Origin: Catajapyx aquilonaris | Lineage: Eukaryota | Direction: 5' to 3' | Assembly (NCBI GenBank): GCA_000934665.2 | Contig: JYFJ02004149.1 | Location: 1 to 34,348, forward strand | Length of the DNA: 34,348 bases | Shown here: piece after piece, positions 1 to 12,777 of the stretch | How positions within the stretch are numbered: the stretch's first letter is position 1 | Layout: each line of letters begins with the position of its first letter | Program-made: the position numbers and the translations under genes | The notes under the pieces: generated by a model | What the model saw: the letters and a program-made list of their open reading frames with translations, nothing else | Databases searched by the model: none | What the model was told of the DNA's origin: nothing

Positions 1-9
1 CGTTTCCGG

Positions 10-94
10 ACACAGGTTCCTATGTCAAAAATACTTGTCTTGGTCCCCTCTATTACCCCTGAAAGTCTTTGCAGAGTTACAATAAACACCCTGT
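10..94. mobile_element. Terminal fragment of a Tc1/mariner-type element
   Basis: Ends in ...AAACACCCTG followed by TA, the same CAGGGTG/CACCCTG terminus as the complete MITEs at 18834, 29034 and 31101. The partner end is not visible. Confidence 0.4.
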
Positions 95-339
95 ATACTG
101 TAAGCACATCGGATATAAGCAAATGGAAAGATAGGTCCCTTCATATTTCCAGCAGTGCCAATGTCCAAGCACAGTTGAATCCGGATATAACAGACTTATC
201 TGCTATTATCTGACTGTACGAATCCTTATTCAGAACTGCACATTTGGCTTTTAGAACTGCACAAATTGTGTAGAACTGTACGCTACAGTAAGCCCTGAGA
301 AGTAGTTCTTACCTAATAAGTGTGACTTTTTTTCTGTTT

Positions 340-412
340 CGAGTCACATCATTTTTGGATTCGCCCCCCCCCCCCCNCCAGGGGGGGGGCGCCCCACAGT
401 TTGAGAACCGCT
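340..412. mobile_element. hAT (Charlie-like) MITE end
   Basis: C-run/G-run followed by GGCGCCCCACAGTTTGAGAACCGCT, a typical hAT MITE terminus. A similar left end (TAGTGGTTCCCAAAGT...) occurs at about 5973. Confidence 0.4.
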
Positions 413-635
413 TATTTAATGTTATTTTATTTTACAAATATTCTACTGAAAGTTATGGCCGCCCTTTGGCAATTACCTTTTCTGCATGTAGTGGCAAATC
501 AAGCTCTCAACAATCTGCTTTTCTTTGTGATCTCGCCATCATTTCCTATTATTGTATTTGAGAAATATTATTTATTGCAACTCGCGGCCGCCCCTAGGCC
601 AGTGCCTATTTTGCCTAATGGGAAATCCACCGCTG

Positions 636-692
636 AACCCAGGTCCTCCTGATTAGCAGTCGGACACATTATCCACTCCACCAAACTTCTTC
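636..692 (-). mobile_element. Truncated tRNA-derived head of SINE family B
   Basis: Reverse complement reads ...TTTGGTGGAGTGGATAATGTGTCCGACTGCTAATCAGGAGGACCTGGGTT, matching the heads at 17243, 25013 and 25621. Confidence 0.65.
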
Positions 693-2968
693 ATCAGTTA
701 TACTCAAGATATGGTGCTAGAGCGTAAAAATACTCCAGCCACTCTGGTAAGCAAACTTAACAGCTTTTCATGACAAAATTAAGTGTAGACAATGTGGTAC
801 CGTATTTATCTTTGTCTTAATGCAGAAATGAATTTTTCGGAATTTTTAAAATGATCACTACATGTACATGGAATAAAAACTTTCAGGATACTGTACTTTC
901 TTCTCGTTGCAAATTTTTCAAAAAAAATCATTGAAAAATATAGAGAAGGAATGTTATAGCTAAGACCTAATGTCCAATATATTGGACATCTAATTTTGCA
1001 ATAATCGATTGCAAAAAAAAAAAAAAAAAAAAAAAAAGAAATTCCGAAACATGGCTTCTACACCTCCACAACAGTGTGTTCTTTCCAAGTATTACTAAAT
1101 AATTGCACCAATGGCTTCTCAGGTCTCATCAGGAGGTTAAAGACTCAGAAATGTATTGAAATACAGAATTTAAATACAGGTGAATCAATGTAGTTATAAA
1201 TACATCTCTAAATACCAAAAAGTATTTAATACATATTTAAATTACATTATTTGTATTTAAATACTGGCCATCTCTGTCTACAGGACACATGTGATGCTGA
1301 TGTTTGTTTCATTCTGATCTGTCTTGTCCCAATCAGCTGTTCTCTGCATTGCTGACTTTTGAAATGATGGTCAACAACGCAGAGAGGTGACCAGCAAAAT
1401 TCTTGTGTTGTTCAAGAGATTCAAGTTTTGCAAAGATCTGCATTTCAAATTATCAATTTTTTCCACTTTCAAATCATGGCAGGAGGCACAAGGATGGATA
1501 GATTTTTATTTAAATTTTAAAACAATTGAATCAAGCAGTATATTGTGACTGATTTTATAAGATGACACTTGCTCATTAAAACTGCAACTAATGATATTAA
1601 TGTGTCCAAAATAATACCTTCCCATTGCATGACCCATTTAAGCCTATGTAACCAGTGCAGTGTTGCAAAATAATATATTTCATTAAGAAACTCTTTTAGT
1701 GAGCAATTTTTGAATCAAAAAATCAGTGCTAATCTACCACTGCTTGAAAAATTAAGCTAAAAATTATTTAATATTCCTTGATCTTCCAGTAGTGATTTTA
1801 AAGTGAAAAATTTGCAGGAGAATCTGAAAGTCAAATTTTTGCAAAACCCACAGAACAGAACTGAGTTTCTCTTTTTCACCTGGCATTACTACCAACAACT
1901 TCCACTAAAATTTTTGGAGGCAAGAGGAAAAAACGATCCTGAAAGTGATCCTTTGGTCCAATGCGAATACCATCTACTGTGTCAAGTTGCTCTTTGTATG
2001 TTCATGCTGGCTCCCATGTTAGCAATATAGTACATTGTGACATTTGGTGTGAGTCGCTTATAATGCACATAGGTCTTGGAATTCAGATTTGCTATTTAAA
2101 ATGCAAGAAATTATAACCTTTACAAGTTCCCAGACTTCCTGTGCAGTATTTGGAAATCTTGAAGATGACATCTCTACGAGTATGGTATATTATTTATCTC
2201 TTCGTCACCTAGACCCACCAAACCAGGCAAAATCCAAGTGCTGCTCCCATGAGACCTACATACTACTATTCCGAGATTCATTATGTTATGACCTGAAACG
2301 TAGCAAGAGTTCGCAAGTCAAATGTGTAATCCAGGCTCATTGTTTGATTTCCACCAATATTGAACTTTCAGGAAATCACACTAAATAATGCACAGCAGTG
2401 TAAAACTTTTAGTTTTGTACTTTAATGTAAAATTAAACAATAATCAAAACAACATCACACCTGTTAACATCACTTTTGGTAATTAAATTATCACCTTGAC
2501 AGGAGGGATGAACATAGTGATGTTAGGATGGTTGTGGTGTGTATTTGAAGGGAAAAGTAGGAATATGGAAGGCATCAGAAAAGTGGCATTCCATGATAAT
2601 GGTGTGGGCAATGGGGTCCCCCATTCTTCCTGTAAAGAGGCCAAAATCATTGCATTAACTTGCATTTGTATAACAGTCACAGCTCTCCTAGCATCAATGT
2701 CTTGAAAATGTACTGTGTTGAAGAAAAATCAGGTCATATGCATATCAGTGTAACTTTCAGCTTTGAGCTGGATTGCTGCTGTAGATGTGGACTGGGATCG
2801 CATGCCATTGGCAAATGAATATGTCTGCCCCTGCTCGCCAGTCTGGGTAATGATGTGATAAATGAATTGTTTATAATATATTCATCCAAATAGATACAAA
2901 CAGATTTTTCTTCCATGTGGTAAACTCTGTAATGAATGAGTTGCCATTATGATAAAAGAAATAACAGA

Positions 2969-2974
2969 TTTATT
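2969..2974 (-). promoter_or_regulatory. Candidate polyadenylation signal (AATAAA) of the RPA43 gene
   Basis: TTTATT on the + strand about 190 nt beyond the minus-strand stop codon at 3164. Confidence 0.35.
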
Positions 2975-3163
2975 ATTGCATGTTTCTGAACTGTAAATGG
3001 CTCATTACATGTCCAAAATAAACAGGTTCATGAACACCGAATAATCACTAGAAAGAAATGTAAAATGTAAATTGGACACCAATCACAACTTAAATCACTC
3101 AAATTCTTTCATGGCCTCTCTGAGGAGATCTTGCTGCATTTTATCAACATCATCAGAACCTTT

Positions 3164-5609
3164 TTAAATTTTCTTTCGTTTCCCTCCCTGCCGTTGCCTC
3201 TTGTCTTTCTTCACTTTTTCTTTCCTCCCTTTTTTGTCTTTCCTCCCCTCCCCTTTGTCCTCATTCTTATGCTTGTGTTTAGGTGTCTTGATCCCAGACT
3301 TAACTGCTAAGAATGTTGAATTTTTCTTTCTCTTAGACATTTTGCTCCCATCCTTATTGAGGTTCTGTTGTACTTCTCCTGCTATGCTTGATACATCTGC
3401 ATTTGCTAGATCCTTACCCATACGACTCATAACCTCTTTCACGGATTCCAATATAAGCTGCTGTTGGCGTTCCCAATCTGCATCCTTCTTCTTCTTCTTC
3501 TTCTTCGTCCTCTTCTTTGAGACTGGAACTTCTTCATATTCTGAAGCAGGTGGAACTTGATCAGAGGTGACAAATGCTTTGGACTTCTTTCCTGACTTCT
3601 TAGCTCTTGCCAGTTTAGGTAAAGCTTCTGATGAGCAGCTAGTATCAGACATTGTGGCTTTACTTGTGAAGGTGGCTGAAGCTGATGGCTCATTTACACT
3701 GCCACCTTTGCTCTTCTTTGACACTTTTTCAAATTTAACTGATTTAGGCTGAGGATCAGGCAAGAAGTCTGAATCAGAATTAGAAACTGATGCCTCAGGG
3801 GCAGGTTTTGTGACACCCGCTGCTTTTACTTTGTCCCATGTCCCCGAATGTATTGCTGGTTTAATCTGCGAGTCTGACATGGAGGTGTCAGAATCAGTTG
3901 CTGCCAATGTTGTCGTCTTGGAAACTGGAAAGTATGGCTTTGGCACACTGGCTCCTTTGAGCTGCTTGGCAGGCTTCTGCAATGATGTCTGTTTGGGAAA
4001 TGACTCTGACGTAGATGATTCTGAATCTGATGAAGTCATATGAAATGTGTCCTTTGGGGCTGACAAAGCTATAACTTCATCTATTTTAAATTTTTTAGTG
4101 GGCTTCTCTGATTTCTTCACCTTCACTGGAGCCTTTGCCTCTTCAGGAACATCATATGCTTCGGTTTTGAAAGTAGTGAAATTGACTGCCTTTGACTTTT
4201 TACTTGCCTTGTCAACCTGTTTCAATATGTTAAGTGACTTCAACTTCACTTTGGGATTCTCAGGCTTTGAAGATGCGACTGGCAACAATCCAGCACCTAG
4301 AGTAGGTTTCTCAGTATTGTGGGCCATCTCTGCTCCCATTTTCTCCCACAACAACTGTTCCTTGCAATCAATTCCAGCTAACTTTTTCTTCTTCAGCGAC
4401 TGCTCCTTAACCTTCTTTGCCTTAGGAGGTGAAACAAGGGGCTTGGATGCCTTTGGAATTAATGTGACATCTGCTGCAGATTTCTCCTCGGCTTGATTCA
4501 TTGTTGCAGCCATTTTCTCCCATATTAACTGCTCCTGTGTCTTTTCTTCCTTTTTCATATTTTTCTTTTTCTTCTTCTTGTCCTTCTCCTTTGGCGATCT
4601 GGTATGAATGGGAATGTCAGGCTTGGAATCCACCTCTGACTTTTTCTTCCCAGTTATTGCCAGTTCTGGATCAGTTTTCATTCTTTTGGGTTCTGTGGCT
4701 TCATCCTGTAAATCTATGAACATGGCTGATAGCTTCCTCCTGGGAGGTTCAGCCTTTGGCTTGTGCTTTTCACCCCCTGAAACTTTGCAAATTCGTTGAA
4801 AAGTTGGGAGCTGAGTAGAAGTCACAGGGACAGGGAATTCAGGGTCAGAGTCACTGTTTTCTAATTCTTCCTTAGTAAGGTTGGGGGTTTGAGGAGCTGG
4901 CTTTGTCTTGCTTTTTTTTGTACCCTTACTCTTAACTTCCAATCCTGTTACCTGAGGCCTTTCCTTCTTGTTTATGATGATCTCAGCACTCAGGTCTGAA
5001 TCAGTGATTTTTTCTCCATTATCTAAATATAATCTACTGGCCTCTTTCTTCTTCATTTTATGTGGCTTCTTAGCAGGTTCATTCTCATCTGTTTCTAGCT
5101 TGGGAGTATTTCCTCCTCTTCCTTCCTCCCCCATGGAGTCAAATCTTGAATTCTTGTCTCTCTTCTTATTTTTCACTTTGGTAGAATTTCCATCAACACC
5201 ATCACCACTTTCTTCTGTTCCTATCCCATCACTGTTTTCTGCACCCCTTTCCTCCTGCCTCTTCTTCTTCTTCTTCTTTTTACTCTTCTCATATACACTT
5301 TGTTGACCAATTTCCTCAGAAACTATATTCAAGTTCAAACTCTCACCAGCTACCTCTTTCCTCATCCTCTTCTCTGGTTTACTCACTTCAGTCTCACCCA
5401 CTTCCTTGCTCTTCTCCTCATTTAGGACTTCCCTTTTCTTCTTCCTCTTCTTTTCCTTCACTTCTGGGAGGGGCAGGTCGGCACTGTTGATCTCATTGTC
5501 ATGCCTTGCACTATGGCTCTCCAAATCAGCCCTTGTGATCTGTGAGCAAGGAATTTCATCTTGTTCATTGAATTCTTGCCAATCTTGGTGGTCTGCAGGA
5601 GGTTTGCAT
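3164..5609 (-). CDS. POLR1F: RPA43 exon 4: Lys/Ser/Glu-rich low-complexity C-terminal extension of about 815 codons, with stop
   Basis: 2.4 kb open frame preceded by a polypyrimidine tract and AG (ttattttcttttcttttctag|ATGC). Phase matches the exon 3 donor (AT|A = Ile, then CKPPADHQ...). RPA43 orthologues have Lys-rich tails. The ORF-track start at 5683 is intronic. Confidence 0.8.
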
Positions 5610-6409
5610 CTAGAAAAGAAAAGAAAATAAACAGTTGAGGATGTACAGTACATTAGTCTCAAAATCACTAGAATATGCTCCATGCCCCAATGACTCTAAC
5701 CTCAAATATTGATACTACTGTGTCTGGAATCTAATAAGGTTATTAAATCATCAGCATGCACTAGAAAAATCCACTGTCAAATTTTGATGAACATGAGTTC
5801 AGGTTAACTATGGAGCTACTCTATATGAAAACAACAACTAATATATTATGTAGTTAACACTAACTCATATTCACACAACCAGCCCAAAGTAGCATTTTTT
5901 TCCGTTCTATGGCATGGTGAAATCCTTTTTGCCCTGCAAGCCAGCATTTTCTGCATTCATTAGCATGTAAACTAGTGGTTCCCAAAGTAGATGGAACTGC
6001 ACCCTGGGGGTTGTTGGCATGACGTAAGGGGGCACTGACAGAGGCAACATGGGGTGGCTGGAGCATGCTGGACACAGAATGTCAGGTTTTCATGTACAGG
6101 ATGTTCCAAGTGTGAGAGTTGTTCCGAAAATAAGTTTCGTGTAGCAATTATTTCTGGAAGGTCATATGGGGATTTTTTTTTGCAGTTAGTGGACATTCCA
6201 CGGTCTGGCCATGGCCACCTAGAGACAAGGCCAGGGTGCCGGAATCATGACGTCACACTAGGAGGTGAGCTCCTCCGTAAGCGGACTATGGCAGGAGCAC
6301 ATTTTTGTACATGTTTTCTCTATTATCTTCACACCAATGCATCGGAGGATCATAACACCCTCTAATATATCTGGGAAATGATTTGGTGATTCCAACGATG
6401 TGAAAAAAT

Positions 6410-7691
6410 CAGGGAGTCGAAGGAATCAGAAGCAATTTAGAAAAAATCGAATTCATTTCACTTCTCCAGAATCTAATTACAAGTAAAGAATCAGAATCGA
6501 AATCGGTGCAGAACTGAAATTCTGGACGAATAATTTTGATTCAGATTCAGAATCAGAATCGAAATTGAAGGCCCTATTTCAGTTCTTTTTCAGAATCAGA
6601 ACCAGAATCAAAGGACCTCATGCATTAAACATACTAAAAAGGATCCAAAAATGTATTTCTTCGTGCTTCGGATATGTTGTTGGGGGTGGCCAGTAGGCCC
6701 CGTACGTGCAAAAGGAGCATCCTCGATTGGCCGCGGTTAGGCTTGTAGGCCGGTCACGTGACAACCTCGCCTTCAGAGGGCGGAGGACGGGGGAGGAGCC
6801 TAACAGGCCAGGACTCGTGAATCGCATAATATTCGCTGAAGACCTTCGTCATGTTAATTTTTAGATTCATGAACTCCAAGAATGCCTCAAAATAGTATAA
6901 AAGGTGGGTAGTAGTACATTTGTTTGAATTATAAGGGTGGTGTTTGGTTGTTACTGAATAAAATATAGCGGTCGACGGATAGAATTGTCTGATTTTTTAA
7001 TATGGTGTAACACTTCTTTGGAGCTGTCAAATAAGGTATACGTCATGTTGGGCAGCCAGCTTTAAATTGGTAAAAAGGCCACTTGTTTCTCACTCGTTGT
7101 CTATTTCGGCAAATCAGAGACGAGCTAGATGGAATTCTATCGTAGCGTTAGATAGTACTAGGCTAGATATAGGGCCTACCTCCATGCCAAAAATCATTTC
7201 TTAAATCAAAGTCGTTTGGGAGTGGTGATTTTTAAAGGCTAGGTCACGTGACCGGCCTACAAGCCTAACCGCGGCCAATCGAGGCCGCTCCTTTGCACAC
7301 GGGGCCTGCTCGCCACCCCCAACAACATATCCGAAGCACGAAGAAATCAATTTTTGGATCCTTTTTAGTACCCTATGTTTAATGCATGAGGTCCTTTAAT
7401 ATCGGTTTTTACTCCCTGTGAGTCGAAGGAATCAGAATCAATATAGAAAAAATCGAATTCATTTCGCTTCTCCAGAATCGAATTACAAGTAAAGAATCAG
7501 AATCGAAATCGGTGCGGAACTGAAATTCTGGACCGAATAATTTTGATTCAGATTCAGATTCAGAAGCAGAATCGAAATTGAAGGCCCAATTTCAGTTCTT
7601 TTCAGAATCAGAATTGCATTTGAAGGCCTTATTTCAGTTATTTTCCAGAATCAGAATCAGAATCAAATTTAATATCGGTTTTTACTCCTTG
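6410..7691. mobile_element. hAT-like non-autonomous element present as a tandem dimer
   Basis: Perfect 8-bp TSD GAAAAAAT (6402-6409, 7692-7699). Termini CAGGGAGT...ACTCCCTG/ACTCCTTG. Two direct copies of a GAATCA-rich unit (6410-7418, interrupted; 7420-7691). Confidence 0.7.
6612..7395. mobile_element. MITE with TIRs of about 150 bp, TTAA-type target (Kolobok/piggyBac-like)
   Basis: 6612-6762 is an inverted repeat of 7243-7395 (AGGACCTCATGCATTAAACATA...). Flanks are TCAA and TTAA. Confidence 0.8.
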
Positions 7692-9728
7692 GAAAAAATC
7701 GCACATGTTTGTGTTTGACAGTAGTAAATGGTGGGGGAGACCCCAGCTGTCCTTCGTCCAGATGTCAATCACCTCCCTCGGAAGCTAATTGGGCCAATAC
7801 CATGCGTGGCCCGATAACTTTCAGATGTTTTTAACTCTCACACATTCTGTAGACTGTGTTTCATGAGACAGCAGTGTTAGGTATGTATTACGTTGTGTAA
7901 TGTGCTAATTTTGCTTCAATGCTTATGAGTATAACTTGCATGTTATGTTTGGACTCTTTCCGCAAAATAGGAAAGATGAAATATTATTAAAATTAATACT
8001 TTATAATTTAAAACCTCATTGTTATTATTTTTATTCCTGCACTTTCTTCCTCATGCCTAACATCCTTCGTCTTATATCGCCGAATATGCAGACACATAGC
8101 GCACATACTAAATCGAATTTGGTGCCGTTGGAATCCCCACATTATTTCCCTGACATCAATTAGAGGGTGTCATGGGCCTCCGATGCATTGGGATGACGAA
8201 ATTCGCGGAAATGTGTACAAAAACGTGCTCCAGCCATGGCCCGCTTATGGAAAAGCTCGCCTCCTAGCATGACGTCACAGCCTTCCACCCGTTTCCGCGC
8301 CCCGGCCTTGTCTCTAGGTGGCCATGGTCTGGCTGCGCATCACGTTTTATCCAAAGTGCCCTCCGTGCATGTGCACAAACACGTTACAGACGCGGACGAA
8401 AAATTAAATGTGGGCGGTTATCCGCTACAAGTGGGCATGTGGCATGAGTGGTGCAGAAATCCATACATCGCCTGTTGAGGTCTATAGTCTGGACGATGAT
8501 GTGGAATGTGCGGATAACTGGTCACACTTTGTTTTTCATCCACGTCAGTAATGCGTGTCTGTTCACCATATTGACTCAAGGGTCGCCGACGGAAAAAAAA
8601 ATTCAGCGACGGCTAATTTGTCCAGCACTGTATATCTATATCAAAATCTGATGTGTCCACTAGATATGGTTTGCATCAATATCATGCCGAGCGAAGGCAG
8701 CAGAAAGAAGTGAGGGTAGCGGATGACAATACCATAGGAGAAGACCTGTTCCAAGATTGATTGATTGACACTAGTTTTAACTGAAGTTGTACCTAATAAC
8801 CCCAGTTGAAGAACTTTCTCCTATCTCTGCTGATACTGTGAATATCTGCATTTGAAATCCGCAAATTTCCAATTTTTTATTTAACATCGCCACAAGAGGA
8901 GCTTAGAACATTTTTAAAAATGATTTCATTTTGATCACAATGCTCTAGTCTGATAATTTTCAGAAAGGGATATTTAGCCACACCCACTCTCCCTCCCGCC
9001 TAATGAGCTTCGAGTATCCGTATCTATCATCCCTCTTATTGGTGCTTCTATCTCTATGAAAGGTCACCTACTTCCCTTACTCAAAATTGTCAGACCATAC
9101 ACAAGGCTTGAGATTTAGAGTTGCACATTGTTTACTACAGTTGGGGTTAAATAAAAATTATTGATTTTGCAATACTGGTTACTCAGGTTAAAGCACCATC
9201 AAGTGGGGTAATAAAATGGGGAACAATTTGTAGGCCTACATATTTCATTCGTCCATTCATTCCAGTTTAATGAACCATTGCCAACCCTAAAAATTCATCA
9301 GGCTAGTGCCATAAAAATTTCAAGAAAAATTTGCTCAGCATGGAATCTCCTACGGCAAATGTAAATTGGTAAAATTTCAAAATTTCAGATTTCAAATACA
9401 CATGACCAACAATACCTCAATAGATCTGACAAAACTGATTTTCACTTTTTCTTCTGGCATTGTCAGGAACAACCACCACCAACTATTCCGACATTTCACT
9501 CCAGAAACTATACTGGAAGCATTCATTTTGCAATTTCTACATTTTTCTTATGGCCACAAATGGCACTATGAACATTTTAATGGTAGACCATGTCAATTTC
9601 ATGAGTCTCATAGCAGTGACTGAAAGTGATATTTAATAAAATCAATGCTGATTATACCAGGAGTCAATGGTTTAAAATGTGGTGAAAGGGGGAGGCATGG
9701 ATAGCAAATTTCAATTTATTAACATCAA

Positions 9729-10400
9729 CCCTAATAAGACAGGCGTTTTTTGGCGATTTTGCCAACCGTTAGGCCATCGCCTAGATTTGCCCTTACACGT
9801 ACTCTGAAGATAAGGACAATATATTTTACAAAGTAATAACAGCTATACTTACATGTTCCTTGAAAATGCTATGAATGTGTTTGGAACAATTTTCACTCGA
9901 AATTTGAGAACTGTCGGCCAACTGTTAGGCTGATTTAATTATGAAATACATTAAAATATACTGGATATTAACCTTGAAAACCTTGCCAGACGAAGTTGCT
10001 GAAATCGTCGTACTTTGCGAGAAATAAATGAATTAGGGAGATTTCCGAAGTAACAGGAAAGGCGCAGATCAGAAATAATTTATTTCTCGCAAAGTAAGAC
10101 GATTTCAGCCAATTCGTCTGGCACTATTCTCAATATTGTTATTCCGTGTCTTTTAACATATTTCATAATTAAATCAGTCAAGTAGTTGGCCGGAAGTACT
10201 CGAATTTCGAGGTTTACAGCAATATTTTTGGAAATTAATTTAGAGACTTCTAGACGAGGAAAATTGTTCCAGACACATTCAGTGTTTTCCCTGATCTGGT
10301 AAATATAACTGTTATTTTGTGTAAAATATCTTGTCCGTATCTTCAGAGCACTCGTAAGCGGAAAACTAGGTGCTGGCGGGTGTAGCTGGGGCTCAAGGGG
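9729..10400. mobile_element. piggyBac-like MITE with a long, diverged internal palindrome
   Basis: Starts tcaa|CCCTAATAAGAC, the same end as the 13509 element, and ends GGG|TTAA. About 9780-10050 is an imperfect inverted repeat of about 10070-10370. Confidence 0.65.
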
Positions 10401-11393
10401 TTAACAGTTGGGATGGTTTTGTGAAGATATCTATCCGTTTCATAAGTGCAGGATATGGAAAATGTAGGTTTTCTAGTGCCTAAAATGGTCTATTTCGTGG
10501 TTTACGGAACTATTTTGCCTATTCTGGCTTTTTGCGACTTTGGGATAGTTGGGATAGTTTTTGAACTTTTTGAAGCAATTTCGGGACTATTTGGGTCTAT
10601 TACAGACCTATTTCTTCAGAGGCATGTTTGGTTTTTTTGCAGAGTATTTTTAGTGCTCCTGAAAGGACCAAAATCGTCCAGAAGTAATACGAATCATGTT
10701 TCCGTGACGTATAGTTCCAATCATAGGAAAATTTACAAAAGTATTTGGCAACATACGTATATTGTGCAAGTGGAAAGTGGCTATAAGCGGTAGAGTCCTG
10801 AGGAAGTGATACTTGCTTGCACTTTGTGTCTTTGGCATAAGTATCGTGATTTACTGTCAGTATATCGTTTTTATATTCGGTTTTTGCTATGGTTTGTGAC
10901 CTTATATTTAGCCTATACTTTAGGCCTATAAAATTATTCTAGCTTTTTATTTTCTGTAACATTATCCTCCATACGTTTAAGTAAAAATTTTGTGCCTATT
11001 TCGGGGTTTTTTCGTGCCTAAAAATCCTGACTCTACTCATAGCATATCATAAAACGGCTGCACTGAATAATATTTGTGTGATGGTGTGGGGGGCAGTGGG
11101 GGATAAGTTACTTGACTAGGGGGTGATGGAAAAAAAAAGGGAATCATAGATGTAAACAAATGCTGTCAAATCTTGGCTCTGAATCATCTCAAAAGTGGTT
11201 TTTTGGGCTCCTGTAAGCCCACAAAATTCAGTCAATGCTTTTAAAAGTCCTTATATTTCATCTTGCCAGAAATGCCATTTGTTCCTGAATTACAGTCAAA
11301 ACATTATTCTTTTTCAAAGACAAGTTGTAAGTGAAGGATAACACAAATTGACATGCCAAGCCACCATACATCAATCAACAGTGATATGGACTA

Positions 11394-12302
11394 CAGTCGA
11401 ATCCCTCTATAACGAAATTGACGGGAACAGAATTTTTTCCGTTATATGCAAAATTCGTTATATAAAAAACGCATTTAAACCTCACTTTTTTTTCGATATT
11501 TAGGCGTTATATTAAGGTATATAGTCTGGTGACCCGGGGTAGCTTGCCCCCTGGGGTAACTGGTTGTTTACTGCTATCCTTTTACATATGTTGCCATGGT
11601 GATTGCCCGCGGGAAAGCTTACCCGGGGTCATCAGACTAGGGGCCTAAGTCCTGGTAGCGGGAAGAGAGTAAAAAAATTCTTCTGCGCTAAATTAGATTA
11701 TCTCACAAAGCACGGCGCAAACACGACAACAATAAGCTACAGAAAACACTGGAGGACTGCCCCAGATGTAGGCCAAGCCCTTCTCCTTTTCCGGTCACGC
11801 CCTCATCCCACCTTTTAGGCACATATGATAAGTCTGCGTCTGGGAATGCCGTTCCAGATGTGATTCATTTTGCTGCTCAAATTTCCGATGAATTTTCCCA
11901 GGTTTTAACCACCTGCCTCCTTCCCTGGGGGGCCACGTGCTAGCAATAAATCCAGTGGGCAGCTCTGAGTCACTGCGCGACAGCCTTCCCAAAGAATCCT
12001 TTCCCTTCCATTAGGACCCCAAATTATCAACTTTTGGACGGAATGTGTGAAAAAAGGTTGAATCCCGAACACACAGATTGTGATTTATGGCCCAATTTGC
12101 CAACTTCCGCCCTTTTTCGGCCGAGAGGTGGGACTGGAGGAGCGAAATTTTTTCGTTATATGTAAACCGAAACCGAAAATCCTTTCCTTAAAAGCGGATA
12201 TTTTTAACATGGGTTTATATGGGGCCTCTGACGGTCACAAATTATCTTTCGTTATAAGCGGATTTTCGTTATATCCGGATTCATTATAGAGGGATTCGAC
12301 TG
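11394..12302. mobile_element. pogo/Tigger-like MITE
   Basis: TA|CAGTCGAATCCCTCTATAACGAA ... TTCATTATAGAGGGATTCGACTG|TA, with subterminal (TT)CGTTATA repeats. Confidence 0.85.
11522..11639. mobile_element. Small foldback element nested in the pogo-like MITE
   Basis: TAGTCTGGTGACCCGGGGTAGCTT ... AAGCTTACCCGGGGTCATCAGACTA inverted termini. Confidence 0.55.
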
Positions 12303-12777
12303 TATTTGGTATCGCAATTTATAAGACTGTCATTATCAATATATTTTTAAATACAAAACTTTACCTAGATGTAGGGACCATCATCTAACTTGGATTTACA
12401 AATTATTACTATAGAAAATTTTTAGGCCATGAACTATAGGATTGCCCTCCCAGCTCTTGGAATGAACAGCCAAAGATTTTGTCCTAACTGGACTGGTAGT
12501 ACAACTAGTAACAAGATTTCCCCTAACATTTTTGTTGACAGGGAGGCTTGCTACCTTTCAATAGCCATGTGCTGTGGTGGATCTCAAGAAGGGTTCTGTT
12601 CACAGATGCCATGTTGAAATTATGTCACCCAAGTTTGATTTTGGAGGCAAGCTCTAACAATAATAGTACAACCCTCAAATAAAAGTTCGATAGTGCATCT
12701 GAAATACCATGGACCAATCCTCACAGACATCATCAAGATCTCACAAATATCGAGGCCTCATTGGGTCTTTACCAGTA

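Larger units (their letters stand above)
6187..8662. mobile_element. Old DNA-transposon derivative with diverged inverted arms, interrupted by younger insertions
   Basis: About 6200-6400 is a diverged inverted copy of about 8115-8335 (GGCCATGGCCACCTAGAGACAAGGCC / GGCCTTGTCTCTAGGTGGCCATGG). Possible termini are TAGTGGACA (6187) and TGTCCACTA (8654-8662). No TSD seen. Confidence 0.5.

Noticed and set aside
3201..5630. Phe/Ser/Leu-rich plus-strand ORFs
   Set aside because: Antisense shadows of the Lys/Glu-rich RPA43 exon.
6410..7691. CRISPR-like or satellite array from GAATCA repeats
   Set aside because: No constant repeat with unique spacers; eukaryotic context; bounded by TIR-like ends and a TSD.
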